A stretch of DNA of 64,000 nt from Calditrichia bacterium. GTDB taxonomy: Bacteria > Calditrichota > Calditrichia > RBG-13-44-9 > J075. Below, one piece after another: positions 18,035-28,087 of this stretch. Numbering within the stretch: position 1 is the first letter of the stretch; every line of letters begins with the position of its first letter. The position numbers were made by a program, and so were the translations under genes. The notes below the pieces were generated by a model that searched no databases, was not told the DNA's origin, and saw only the letters and a list, made by a program, of their open reading frames with translations. The DNA is taken from assembly GCA_050633245.1 (NCBI GenBank), contig JBOEGD010000024.1, positions 351,513 to 415,512 on the forward strand. The letters are read 5' to 3'.

Positions 18035-20161
18035 TTATTTGAGCAAAATCATCCTGCGTGTTTGCTGCGAATTTCTGTTTTCGAGACGGTAGAGGTAAAT
18101 TCCACTTGCGACTTCGATATTATTTATATCCCTGCCATTCCAAACAACTTTATACGTACCGGCAATTAGGTCCCGATCGACAAGCCGTTGAATAGTTTGC
18201 CCGAGAACATTATAGATCGTTAAGGTTGTCTGTCCACCTTGCAGAAGGCTAAATCGAATCGTCGTCTCCGGATTGAACGGATTGGGGTAATTGCTGAATA
18301 ATTCGAATTCTTTGGGGTGCTTTGCATCGGTAATGTCTTCAATGCCTACCGGGATCGTTGTTCGCTTCAAAATATTACCAACAGGATCACAGAGCCAGCC
18401 GTTATTCGCATCAAGGAATGTAAAGTTGTTTGCGATGCCACCTGTGATCAGTGTTTCTTCCAGCCAGGTTGCGCCATTATCTGTTGAGCGCAGCATCTTT
18501 GATTTGAAGTTGACCGATCCAACGGCCCAAATTGTATTGCCTTCTACAATAGTAAATCGCGAAATTTGGGGGTCAAAATTCGGGTTTAGCAACGTCCAGT
18601 TTGTACCGCCATCAACTGTCTTGTACATCTTATTGTCAGATAATATCCATCCGGTATTGGCATCTGCAAAATAGACCTGCTGGATGTTTGTTGTAACGGG
18701 AGCGGTGAGAGGGGTCCAGTTTGTACCGCCATCAGTGGTGCTGAGCAGGGTTCCGCTATATCCAGCTAACCACCCGGTATTCTCGTCGATAAAGTGGATA
18801 TCTAACATGAATAAACCTGTCCCCCCACCATTGATTACGTTCCAGGTGAGCCCACTATCAGTCGTTTTTACCAGATGGTCACCGAGCGCCTGTACATAGC
18901 CCACGTTGACAGACGGAAAAGAACAGCTAAAGTAATTAGAAGAACCACTGGCAATGGCAAGAGTATCCCAGGTTGCAGCATTGTCCAGTGTGCGATACAC
19001 ATAGCCATTAACAGTAACGAAAAATGCACTGTTGGCATCCGGGCATGCAAATTCAAATATTCCCCAGGTTGCGTCTTGCACCTTCACCCAGTTTTCGCCA
19101 CCATCTGTTGTGCGGAGAATGTCCCCCTCGTTGCCGGCAGCCCATCCATTGTTTGCATCGAGCATCTCAATGGCGTTTAGCTGTTCAAAGCTCGCTCGGG
19201 AAAAGGAGCTGTCCCAGGTCGTTCCTCCATCTGTCGAATTGTATATCACTCCGCGGGTTCCAGCAATAATAATCGTATTTGCGTCAAGAAGCTCTCCGGT
19301 GTAAAAAAATTCTTCTGTATTGGTCGTGAGTTGATTCCATGTGCTTCCTCCATCTGAGGTTTTTACTACATAGCCATTTGATGCTACGGCGAGACCATTG
19401 TTGCTATCGTAGAAATTAATATTGTAGAATACCTGACTGGTTGTGCCGGTAGGTTGGATCGACCAGTTAACTCCTCCATCAGTAGATTTCATTATTGTGC
19501 CGAAAGCACCTGAGGCGAAGCCGGTATTGGCATCTATAAATTCGACTGATCGCAGTGTCGGGCCGGTACTCTGAATTTCTGTCCAGTTCAGCCCACCATC
19601 AATCGTGGTATAGATTGCACCGAAATTGCCAACAGCCCAGCCGTTATTTGCATCGATAAAGTGGAGATCGTTAATAAAGTTTGAAGCCGTAATAGGATAG
19701 GATGTGAAGGTGGCACCTCCATCAACTGTCTTTAAAATCTGTGCGCCATTTCCTGCTACCCAACCGGTACTATGATCGATAAAGAAAATAGCATTGTAGC
19801 CGAGGTAGGTGTTCGTTTGCGTCTTTGTCCAGTTTAAGCCACCGTTCGTAGTTTTCATAACCCGATCGCCATCCCCGACCGCCCAGCCGGTATTGGCATC
19901 GATGAAGTAGATATTCTCGAAATCATTAAAATCGTCATCATAAATATCATGAATAACTTCCCAGGTCGTTCCGGCATCTGTACTGCGCATGAATGTCGAG
20001 GCATCTCCGGAAGCGTAGATAGTATTTGCATCAATGACTTGCATATCGAGTATGCGATTACCCTGAGGTAGGGGCATTTGCCAATCCCACTTGTTTTGAG
20101 CTTGGATGGATAAACTTATAAAAAACAAAATAATAAAGGCTGGAATTGCTCGATTCATCAT
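18035..20161 (-). CDS. YCF48-like/BNR (Asp-box) beta-propeller protein with C-terminal sorting domain
   Basis: Many FIDANTGW...TTDGG.NW repeats, signal peptide, NYPNPFNP CTD. Confidence 0.9.
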   Translation of the reverse strand: MMNRAIPAFIILFFISLSIQAQNKWDWQMPLPQGNRILDMQVIDANTIYASGDASTFMRSTDAGTTWEVIHDIYDDDFNDFENIYFIDANTGWAVGDGDRVMKTTNGGLNWTKTQTNTYLGYNAIFFIDHSTGWVAGNGAQILKTVDGGATFTSYPITASNFINDLHFIDANNGWAVGNFGAIYTTIDGGLNWTEIQSTGPTLRSVEFIDANTGFASGAFGTIMKSTDGGVNWSIQPTGTTSQVFYNINFYDSNNGLAVASNGYVVKTSDGGSTWNQLTTNTEEFFYTGELLDANTIIIAGTRGVIYNSTDGGTTWDSSFSRASFEQLNAIEMLDANNGWAAGNEGDILRTTDGGENWVKVQDATWGIFEFACPDANSAFFVTVNGYVYRTLDNAATWDTLAIASGSSNYFSCSFPSVNVGYVQALGDHLVKTTDSGLTWNVINGGGTGLFMLDIHFIDENTGWLAGYSGTLLSTTDGGTNWTPLTAPVTTNIQQVYFADANTGWILSDNKMYKTVDGGTNWTLLNPNFDPQISRFTIVEGNTIWAVGSVNFKSKMLRSTDNGATWLEETLITGGIANNFTFLDANNGWLCDPVGNILKRTTIPVGIEDITDAKHPKEFELFSNYPNPFNPETTIRFSLLQGGQTTLTIYNVLGQTIQRLVDRDLIAGTYKVVWNGRDINNIEVASGIYLYRLENRNSQQTRRMILLK

Positions 20162-20294
20162 TGTTCTCCTTATCGTGATTGCGAGTGATAATTGTAATGA
20201 TGAAATCTAATGGACTGGCTTGATCCGATCTAACACGCCCCGGACAATTTTTGACACGGGAGCGCAGTGGGAGTGTTAAAAGGAGGAATTCTGT

Positions 20295-21614
20295 CTAAAT
20301 GATGTTTGATCCTTCAGAGCGAAGCGAAATCGTTACGGTTGTTCCTTCATCAATAGTGCTTTCAATTTCAATAGTACCATTGTGAGCCTCAACAATCGTT
20401 TTGCAGATGCTCATTCCAAGTCCGTAACCGCCAGTCTCACGCGAGCGAGATTTGTCGACTCGATAGAAAGGGTCGAAAATATGCGGAAGATGCTCAGCAG
20501 GTATGCCTTCGCCAAAGTCCTTGATGATAACAAAGATGTGCGCACTGGTTCTCGTCAGAGATACATGCACAGTCTTGCTCGATTGTGCGGAATACTTCAG
20601 GCTGTTTTCCAATAAATTTTTAACGACAGTTTTAATTCGCGCAGCATCCAATACAGCCGGGCAGGATTCCGGTAAATATGCGGTTTGAATCCCCGGTTTC
20701 ATGTTTTGGAAGCCGACTGCGACATCGCGAATAAGTTGTGCCAGGTTAACCTCCTGCAATTCCAAGCCGCCATTTGGACTGGCAAGTCGTTCCGCTTCCA
20801 ATATTTCACTAATCATTTTATCCATCTCGTTTAAATCTTCCAGCAAGCTCTCTTTTCGCTGCACATCCTGCAGAAACTCAAGTTCTACCTTCATGCGAGT
20901 GAGTGGAGAACGCATTTCATGGCTAACGTCCAGTAAGAGACGTTCACGCGCGCTAATCATCTGCTGAACCCGGCTGGTCATATGATTAAACGATTCTGAT
21001 AAGCGTCCCAACTCGTCTTCACTATCCACGGGGATTTTATGTGTTAGCTGTCCATTGCTGATGAATTCAACACCAGTATTTAGTTGATGAATTGGGCGAA
21101 ATATTTTGCGAATAAAGAAGTAGGCCCCGGCAAGGATAGCTGAAATTACCAGCGCCAAAATGACTAAAAGCTCTTCCCGGAAAGCACCGGGCTGCCAAAA
21201 GCTGCCGCTGAATAGAAATGTAGTGTCTCCGGCTTCCCTTAGTAGAAAAAAACGACCGCGTCGCCAATCATACGTGTTGCCTGTTTCCTCGCTTCGTTGC
21301 TTGTAAAAACTTAGCGGCTTCTCTTGTGAATTGCTACTCCAAGCTACATTGGAATGTTCTATTGCAATATTAATATTTAGATCTCGTGACAATCGTGCTG
21401 CCAACATCGTATCTGGTGGACTGCCAATTGAGCTGATTAGGTAGTCACTGTATTTCATCAGATGCGTTTCTGAGAAGCTGTTGAGGTTAGAAGGAAAAGC
21501 AGTTTTATAGAAAATCCCCAAAGCCATGCTGATTGCAAACCAGGTTGCAAAGAGCGTCAGCAAGAGCTTAAGAAAAATGGAGCGGTTTACTTTTTTAAAA
21601 AGTTTAGTCAGCAT
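20295..21614 (-). CDS. HAMP sensor histidine kinase
   Basis: Two TMs, HAMP (DELGRLSESFNHM), H-box DVSHEMRSPL, N/G boxes. ATG 21614 overlaps the response-regulator stop. Confidence 0.93.
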   Translation of the reverse strand: MLTKLFKKVNRSIFLKLLLTLFATWFAISMALGIFYKTAFPSNLNSFSETHLMKYSDYLISSIGSPPDTMLAARLSRDLNINIAIEHSNVAWSSNSQEKPLSFYKQRSEETGNTYDWRRGRFFLLREAGDTTFLFSGSFWQPGAFREELLVILALVISAILAGAYFFIRKIFRPIHQLNTGVEFISNGQLTHKIPVDSEDELGRLSESFNHMTSRVQQMISARERLLLDVSHEMRSPLTRMKVELEFLQDVQRKESLLEDLNEMDKMISEILEAERLASPNGGLELQEVNLAQLIRDVAVGFQNMKPGIQTAYLPESCPAVLDAARIKTVVKNLLENSLKYSAQSSKTVHVSLTRTSAHIFVIIKDFGEGIPAEHLPHIFDPFYRVDKSRSRETGGYGLGMSICKTIVEAHNGTIEIESTIDEGTTVTISLRSEGSNII

Positions 21615-22299
21615 TCTCTTCCTCTCCGATAAACACATAGCCGGTTCCCCAAATAGTACGGAAAAACCTTGGCTTTTTAGGATCGTCTTGTAGTTTTCGT
21701 CTCAGGCGACTTATCATAACGTCTACCGAGCGATTGAACGCATCCCATTCGATGCCGCGAGTATAGTCAAGAATCTGATCGCGATTAAATACACGCCCGG
21801 GGCTTTGGGTAAAGAGGCTGAGAATTTCAAACTCGGCAGTTGTCAGATCTAATACCTGATCTCCAAGCTTAACCAGTCGTTTGCTATAGTGTATATAAAG
21901 CTCTCCGAAGCTATGCGAATCTGATGATGAAATTTCTGTTTTGCGTCGCAATATACTCTGCATGCGTGCTACCAACTCGCGTGGTTCAAAAGGTTTGGGA
22001 AGATAATCGTCTGCACCAATCTCAAGACCTACGATTCTGTCAGTAACATCCCCGCGAGCAGTTAGCATGATTATCGGAACAGATGATTCTTTGCGAATGC
22101 GTTTACATACCTCGAAACCATCGGTGTCGGGAAGCATAACATCGAGAATAACCAAATCCGGTTTTTCTCGCTGTAATAGCTTCATGCCTTCCTCGGGGTG
22201 AGCCGCGGCGATAACCTGGTAGTTGAAGCCGGTTAAATAATCTTTCAACAGGCGAATCAACTTTTTATCATCATCGATAATGAGAATCGTTTCGTTCAT
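21604..22299 (-). CDS. OmpR/CpxR-family response regulator
   Basis: ILIIDDD, LDVMLP, GADDYLPKPF, winged-helix TIWGTGY. Confidence 0.95.
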   Translation of the reverse strand: MNETILIIDDDKKLIRLLKDYLTGFNYQVIAAAHPEEGMKLLQREKPDLVILDVMLPDTDGFEVCKRIRKESSVPIIMLTARGDVTDRIVGLEIGADDYLPKPFEPRELVARMQSILRRKTEISSSDSHSFGELYIHYSKRLVKLGDQVLDLTTAEFEILSLFTQSPGRVFNRDQILDYTRGIEWDAFNRSVDVMISRLRRKLQDDPKKPRFFRTIWGTGYVFIGEEENAD

Positions 22300-22450
22300 T
22301 TTATGCTCCAACGGTGTGCTCTTAAATAAAGCCTTCTGCTGCTTTGTTGCAAGAGAGAAGTCGCTATATAAACTGCGTCTGCCCGCAAGGGGTATGTTGC
22401 GGGCAGGGCAGCGGGGGATATATGGTTATTCGAAGACAAGGTCTTCTACG

Positions 22451-22912
22451 TTATTTCCTGCGATGGTTGCGCCGTTTGTTCAATTTCTGCAGCTTCTGAG
22501 TCAACTTCTCACGCTGCTCTGAATTTAAGCTGGCGTGGAAGTCACCCATCTTTGCAAGCAGGGTTTTGCGGAGCAGCTGAAAATCTGATTCTTTCTGAGT
22601 AAAAAGACTATCCAGTGCTTCTCCATTAAACTCGTCGCTGGTTGCTTCTGCAAGCAGGGCATCGCCGATTTCAAATCGACTATTTCTTAAGTTTTTACCC
22701 TTCGTCAATAATTCTGTTTTGACCTCCTGCAACATTGCCTGTTGCGCGGCATTTAGCGAAAGTTCAGAGGTAGCTCGCTTTATCATATACTGAGCACGCT
22801 TTTCCATCCGGGATTCGTTAAAATGTCCTCCACGAGCATGAGAAAAAGACTTGATTCCGGCGAAGAGCGTAAGGGTGCCGATGATGATGAGTAAAATTGA
22901 TTTGATAAACAT
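22451..22912 (-). CDS. Spy/CpxP-family periplasmic protein
   Basis: Signal peptide, ELSLNAAQQ and SLNSEQREK LTxxQ-like motifs; upstream of the RR/HK pair. Confidence 0.8.
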   Translation of the reverse strand: MFIKSILLIIIGTLTLFAGIKSFSHARGGHFNESRMEKRAQYMIKRATSELSLNAAQQAMLQEVKTELLTKGKNLRNSRFEIGDALLAEATSDEFNGEALDSLFTQKESDFQLLRKTLLAKMGDFHASLNSEQREKLTQKLQKLNKRRNHRRK

Positions 22913-22993
22913 AATAATTCTCCTTTTTAGTCGTGCTTTAGTGTTGCGTTCAGTAGAAGGATACGAAGCCGATGTAAATCGATAATGTCTGAA

Positions 22994-23012
22994 TTGTAAC
23001 AGTTTGTAACAG
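22994..23012. promoter_or_regulatory. Candidate OmpR/CpxR-type binding site
   Basis: Direct repeat TTGTAACAG-T-TTGTAACAG (GTAAC-N5-GTAAC) upstream of the spy-like gene. Confidence 0.6.
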
Positions 23013-23135
23013 GAGGCAGTCGTGTCGTGCTGTGTCTTGACTAGGACAGTAAAACAATTGCGAAATCGGCTAAAAAATTGGGAAAGATTGGAAAGTCCGT
23101 TAAATTAGGCGAATTAGAAACCATCAGGAGATAAG

Positions 23136-24464
23136 GTGAACACAAAATATTTCCCGGAAGTTACATCCCGTATTTCGTTTGAGGGTGCATCCTCTCGCAA
23201 TCCTCTTGCCTTTAAATATTATCAAGCTGAAAAAAAGGTTGGTAATAAAACGATGGCTGAGCACCTGCGCTTTGCCATTGCCTATTGGCATACCTTCAGT
23301 GCAGACGGCCGTGATATGTTTGGAGCGCCATCCTTTCAGCGCAATTGGCATACAAGCTCTAACTCCATGGATAGAGCGCGGCACACTCTTGATGCAGCAT
23401 TCGAGTTTTTTGAGAAGCTGGGTGCGAACTATTATTGCTTTCACGATCGCGATATTGCACCGGAAGGAAACACGTTTGCCGAATCCTGCAAAAATTTACA
23501 TGTAATGACCGATATCGCACAGGCCCTACAGCAACAAACCGGCGTGAAACTGCTTTGGGGAACCGCAAACCTTTTTAGCCATCCAATATATGCTCATGGT
23601 GCGGCAACAAACCCCGATGCCCATGTCTTTGCTCATGCCGCCGCTCAGGTAAAGCACGCGATTGAGGTAACGAAAAAACTCGGTGGTGAAAACTATGTGT
23701 TCTGGGGAGGTCGCGAAGGCTATAGTACTCTTTTGAATACGCGTCTGAAGCAAGAACAGGAACAGCTTGCGCGTTTTCTACATATGGCTGTAGACTATAA
23801 GAAAAAAATTGGTTTTACCGGTCAATTCTTAATCGAACCCAAGCCAAAAGAACCGACAAAACATCAATACGATACCGACTCTGCAACGACAATCTCATTT
23901 CTGCGCGAGTACGATTTGCTGGAGCATTTTAAGCTGAATATTGAGGCGAATCATGCCACTTTAGCCGGGAACAGCTTTGAGCACGAGCTGGCGGTCGCTT
24001 CTATTGCCGGAAAGTTGGGTAGTGTAGATGCGAACCGAGGAGATCTGCTTCTGGGCTGGGACACCGATCAATTTCCGACCGATATCTACGATACAACAAA
24101 GGCCATGATGATCATTCTGAAACAGGGTGGTCTTGGTAGCGGCGGACTAAACTTTGATGCCAAACCGCGGCGTGGCTCAGTCGATAACGTGGATCTCTTT
24201 CACGCACATATTGGCGGTATGGATGCCTTTGCGCATGGTTTAGAGATCGCCTATCGTATAATTGAAAGTGGTGTGCTAAAGTCCATTGTGAATAAACGCT
24301 ATGCGAGTTGGGAAAATGAAATCGGTAAAAAAATTCTGGAAGGCAGCGCTTCTCTGGAAGATACCGAGAGATATATCTTGCAGCATGGTGCGCCTTCAGC
24401 AAAAAGTGGCAGGCAGGAAATTCTGGAAAATATCCTGAACGATTTTATTTTTCGAGCTGATTGA
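23136..24464 (+). CDS. xylA: Xylose isomerase (class II)
   Basis: FHDRD, WGGREGY, IEPKPKEP, NIEANHA, GWDTDQF. Confidence 0.97.
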   Translation: MNTKYFPEVTSRISFEGASSRNPLAFKYYQAEKKVGNKTMAEHLRFAIAYWHTFSADGRDMFGAPSFQRNWHTSSNSMDRARHTLDAAFEFFEKLGANYYCFHDRDIAPEGNTFAESCKNLHVMTDIAQALQQQTGVKLLWGTANLFSHPIYAHGAATNPDAHVFAHAAAQVKHAIEVTKKLGGENYVFWGGREGYSTLLNTRLKQEQEQLARFLHMAVDYKKKIGFTGQFLIEPKPKEPTKHQYDTDSATTISFLREYDLLEHFKLNIEANHATLAGNSFEHELAVASIAGKLGSVDANRGDLLLGWDTDQFPTDIYDTTKAMMIILKQGGLGSGGLNFDAKPRRGSVDNVDLFHAHIGGMDAFAHGLEIAYRIIESGVLKSIVNKRYASWENEIGKKILEGSASLEDTERYILQHGAPSAKSGRQEILENILNDFIFRAD

Positions 24465-24473
24465 TGTTGTGGA

Positions 24474-24578
24474 TGAAAAGTGAAAAGTGAAACGGGAAAC
24501 GTGAGAAGTGAAACGTGAAAAGTGAAAAGTGAAACGTGAAACGTGAAAAGTGAAAAGGCAATAAGGCAATAAGGCAAT
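24474..24578. repeat. Composite tandem repeat: 12x TGAAA(A/C)G-type heptamer then 3x AAGGCAAT
   Basis: Read directly between the convergent xylA and xylB genes. Confidence 0.9.
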
Positions 24579-24596
24579 ATATATAAGCCCATGACT

Positions 24597-26090
24597 TTAG
24601 TCGTGGGTGTATTGCTCACCGTTCACCAGCGCTTGCCACTTCGAGTAAGACTCTGTCTGAGCCTGCTTATTGGATAACGTTGGTGCTACCGTTTCCAACT
24701 TCTGCAAACCGATGAATGTCTCTTTGAACGACTTATAAAATCCTGCTCCATAAGCTGCTGCCCTTGCTGCCCCCTGAGCGCCATCAGTATCGTAGAGCTC
24801 TATCGCGACACCGGTAACATCAGCAAGCGTTTGCCTGAAGACCGGGCTCAGAAACATATTCGCTCTTCCGGCGCGAATAACGTCCGGCTGCAAGCCAATT
24901 TCCTGCATGATTTGCATACCATAAAAAAAAGAATAGGCAACCCCTTCCTGAACGGCTCTGGCAAGATGCTTATCTTTATGCACATTGAAGCTCAATCCAT
25001 TAAAACTCGCGCCCGGCGATGCATTTTGCAAAATCCGCTCGGCACCATTTCCCCAAGGCAAAAAGCTGAGGCCATCGCAACCTATTGGCGCGGTTTCGGC
25101 AAGTGCATTCATTTTAGCATATGAAAGATTGCCCGGAAGCTGTTTACGCAGCCAGCTATTACTGATTCCGGTTCCGTTCAGGCATAATAATACGCCCAGC
25201 CTTGGCTGTTCGGGCGTGTAGTTTACGTGCGCAAAGGTGTTGATTCGTGAGAGTGGATCAAATTTCACGGCATCCGTTACTGCGTAAACTACGCCGGATG
25301 TGCCGGCTGTAGCGGCAATTTCACCGGGGTTCAATACGTTTAAAGAGAAGGCATTATTTGGTTGATCGCCGGCGCGATAGGTGATTGGCGTACCCGGTTT
25401 TAGTCCGATCACGGCTGCTGCATCTTTGCTAAGGCTAGCTTGCTTTCCGAAAGAGGGAATGATCTCTGGAAGCAGCTGTTCTTCAACTTCATAATAATCC
25501 AGCAAAATCTTCGCTACATCGCGATTCGCAAAATTCCAGAGAATCCCCTCTGATAGTCCGGTAGTCGTAGTGCCGAGTTCCCCACTTAGCCTCATGGCGA
25601 TATAGTCTCCCGGAAGCATCATTTTATGAATCTTTGAATACACGTCCGGCTCATTTTCTTTAACCCAGCGTAGTTTTGAGGCGGTAAAATTACCCGGCGA
25701 ATTCAATAACTGCTCCAGACAGGATTCTGCACCAATTCCCTCAAATGCGTTTCGCCCGATGTCTACTGCTCTGCTATCGCACCAGATTATCGCCGGCCGT
25801 AATACCTGCTGTTCATGGTCGACAATTACCAGTCCGTGCATTTGGTAGGAGATGCCAATCCCGCCGATCGCGTCTTTAGCAACGGTGGATTCGGTAAGCA
25901 AGTTCAGTGTCGTTTGCTGAATCCCTTCCCACCAGATTTCGGGATCCTGCTCTGCCCATCCGGCTTGCTTAGCGCTCATTGGTTGTTCGCTTTCCGGATA
26001 GACTGCGTTTGCAACAGCTTTTCCAGTGTTGCCATCCAGCAAAGTTGCTTTGATAAAAGAACTGCCGATATCATAGCCGATAAAGTACAT
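24597..26090 (-). CDS. xylB: Xylulokinase (FGGY family)
   Basis: GYDIGSS, GISYQMHG, IIWCDSR, AGDQPNNA, GTSG; adjacent to xylA. Confidence 0.93.
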   Translation of the reverse strand: MYFIGYDIGSSFIKATLLDGNTGKAVANAVYPESEQPMSAKQAGWAEQDPEIWWEGIQQTTLNLLTESTVAKDAIGGIGISYQMHGLVIVDHEQQVLRPAIIWCDSRAVDIGRNAFEGIGAESCLEQLLNSPGNFTASKLRWVKENEPDVYSKIHKMMLPGDYIAMRLSGELGTTTTGLSEGILWNFANRDVAKILLDYYEVEEQLLPEIIPSFGKQASLSKDAAAVIGLKPGTPITYRAGDQPNNAFSLNVLNPGEIAATAGTSGVVYAVTDAVKFDPLSRINTFAHVNYTPEQPRLGVLLCLNGTGISNSWLRKQLPGNLSYAKMNALAETAPIGCDGLSFLPWGNGAERILQNASPGASFNGLSFNVHKDKHLARAVQEGVAYSFFYGMQIMQEIGLQPDVIRAGRANMFLSPVFRQTLADVTGVAIELYDTDGAQGAARAAAYGAGFYKSFKETFIGLQKLETVAPTLSNKQAQTESYSKWQALVNGEQYTHD

Positions 26091-26265
26091 AAATGCTCCA
26101 ATTTAATAGACTGATAACAGGGCTATTGCATATGTTCGAGATAATGATGAAATTTACACCGCTGCCTGGTTCTACCAACTCTCATTATTTTCTTTTTCAG
26201 CAAAAGATGAAAAGTGCAAAATAGTATACAAAGTCTATTATCCTTTCAAAAAATCAGGTAATAAA

Positions 26266-26553
26266 ATGAACATTTTTCTGAAGTGGTCCGGCCTCGTTTC
26301 TATCATCGTAATGGTAAGTACTTTATTAATTGCATTAACTATGATGTGGTCTCCAGACTGGATGTCTAAAGATGTAACACCACTCTCCCAACGTTTAACG
26401 CAGATTGTCGGTTTGGCTGGGATCATTCTTGGAATAGTCGGAGGGCCGCTGATGATCGCTCTCGGACATTGGGAGGCTACGCCCATGTTTTTTCGTGGAG
26501 CGAGTATTGTAGCTTTTATTTTAGGCGCAATTGCTGCATTTCGAATGTTTTAG
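26266..26553 (+). CDS. Small hypothetical membrane protein (about 3 TM)
   Basis: Hydrophobic 95-aa ORF filling the intergenic gap. Confidence 0.55.
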   Translation: MNIFLKWSGLVSIIVMVSTLLIALTMMWSPDWMSKDVTPLSQRLTQIVGLAGIILGIVGGPLMIALGHWEATPMFFRGASIVAFILGAIAAFRMF

Positions 26554-26594
26554 CAAGTCGCAACAGCAACTTTTCTTGCTGCAACTTATACTGT

Positions 26595-27383
26595 TCAAAA
26601 ATCTTTTGCCAGAAATTTTTTCAGGGCTAAGCGATAAGGGATGTAAAACCAAAGTATCAGCAGGGCAGAGCTGACGCCTATCCCCACTATGCTGCCGAAA
26701 AAACGATGAAAAATAGCTCCGGTGTAGCCCATGAGAGCTGCTATGTCCATTTCCATTAGCAATAGAACTCTTGCCAAATCTACCGGATTTAGAGCGGTTA
26801 AAACAATAAGGGCATTTTCCAGCGGGTAGTTGCTCATAAGAATGGTTATAAACAGGACCATCGCGTCATACAGAATCACCAGTGTCAGCCAGACAATTAA
26901 CGTTATTCCAAATCCACGTAGCCTGTCATCAAAGCGCAGTGCAATCAGAAAAGAAATCGCAACAAAAATTGCCGTGAGCATCATTCCACATAAGATCAAT
27001 AAAGTCAGGACGCTGATGTTTTGGGCTGAGTAGGTATAATGAGTAAGAAATGGAATGAGTACACCAATAAAAAAGCCGATAACCAATGGACCTGTAAGAC
27101 CGGTGTATAGGCCAACGAAGAGTGTTTTCCGGTGAATCGGTTGAGCGAGCATCATTTCAATATATTCACGTGCTCCATAGAGATAAATCACTCCAAATGT
27201 TATGCTCATAAGCGGGATAATAGTAATAATTAAGTTCAAAAGACTAAGAAGAACTTTACTGTCGTCTCCCAAACGAAATAGCACTTCCGTAATTCCCCAA
27301 AAGAATAAACCGTACAGGATAACCCAACGATTACGTGCAACATTTTGCAGTTCATAAGGTAGTAGCTTCGTAAGCGTTGTCAT
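26595..27383 (-). CDS. nosY: NosY ABC permease
   Basis: Multi-TM, LAQPIHR, LNPVDLARVLLLM, ALMGYTGA; within the nos cluster. Confidence 0.9.
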   Translation of the reverse strand: MTTLTKLLPYELQNVARNRWVILYGLFFWGITEVLFRLGDDSKVLLSLLNLIITIIPLMSITFGVIYLYGAREYIEMMLAQPIHRKTLFVGLYTGLTGPLVIGFFIGVLIPFLTHYTYSAQNISVLTLLILCGMMLTAIFVAISFLIALRFDDRLRGFGITLIVWLTLVILYDAMVLFITILMSNYPLENALIVLTALNPVDLARVLLLMEMDIAALMGYTGAIFHRFFGSIVGIGVSSALLILWFYIPYRLALKKFLAKDF

Positions 27384-28087
27384 CAGTTTTCTCCCGCCAT
27401 CAAATTGGCAACGGCACGTTCCAGCCGTTCTTCTCCGGTCAGCTCAATCATTGTGGAAAGCTCTCCGCTATAAATGATCTTCCCTTCGTTGAGGTAGATC
27501 AGCTTGTCGGCTAATTCTTCAATGTCGCTCATCACATGAGACGTTAGCAGAACCGTTGCTCCCTGCGCACGATATGCAGCAATGTGTTCCTTTAAGATGC
27601 CTGCGGCCAATGGATCTAAACCTGCCGTGGGTTCATCCAAAATCAGAACATTTGGTTTAAACATAAACGCCAGTGCTGCGCTCAGCTTTTGGCGGGTTCC
27701 TCCGGAAAGAGTATGGACTGGTTTCGCCTCTTCTCCGGCCAACATAAAACGTTGCCAGAGGGTTAAATCATAGCTGGATTCCGAGCGTATGTTGCGAATG
27801 AGGGATACCACTTCAGCAACCGACAGATTATCCGGGTATCTGGCAATCTGCGGCATGTAGCCAATCTGAGACCGATAGTCCGGGTTGCTGTTTACATGAT
27901 GGCCATTAACCGTCATTTCCCCTCTGTTTGGACGAACGAGCCCTAATAGAGACTTTATGAGCGTGGTTTTTCCACAGCCATTATGGCCGAGGATTGCCGT
28001 AACTTCACCGGGTCGCATTTCGGCATTCAAATCTTCAAAAACACTTAGTTTTCCATAGGCTTTACACAGGTTTCTTATTGTAATCAT
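27383..28087 (-). CDS. nosF: NosF ABC ATPase
   Basis: GHNGCGKT, LSGGTRQK, LDEPTAGLDP; between nosD and nosY. Confidence 0.9.
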   Translation of the reverse strand: MITIRNLCKAYGKLSVFEDLNAEMRPGEVTAILGHNGCGKTTLIKSLLGLVRPNRGEMTVNGHHVNSNPDYRSQIGYMPQIARYPDNLSVAEVVSLIRNIRSESSYDLTLWQRFMLAGEEAKPVHTLSGGTRQKLSAALAFMFKPNVLILDEPTAGLDPLAAGILKEHIAAYRAQGATVLLTSHVMSDIEELADKLIYLNEGKIIYSGELSTMIELTGEERLERAVANLMAGEN

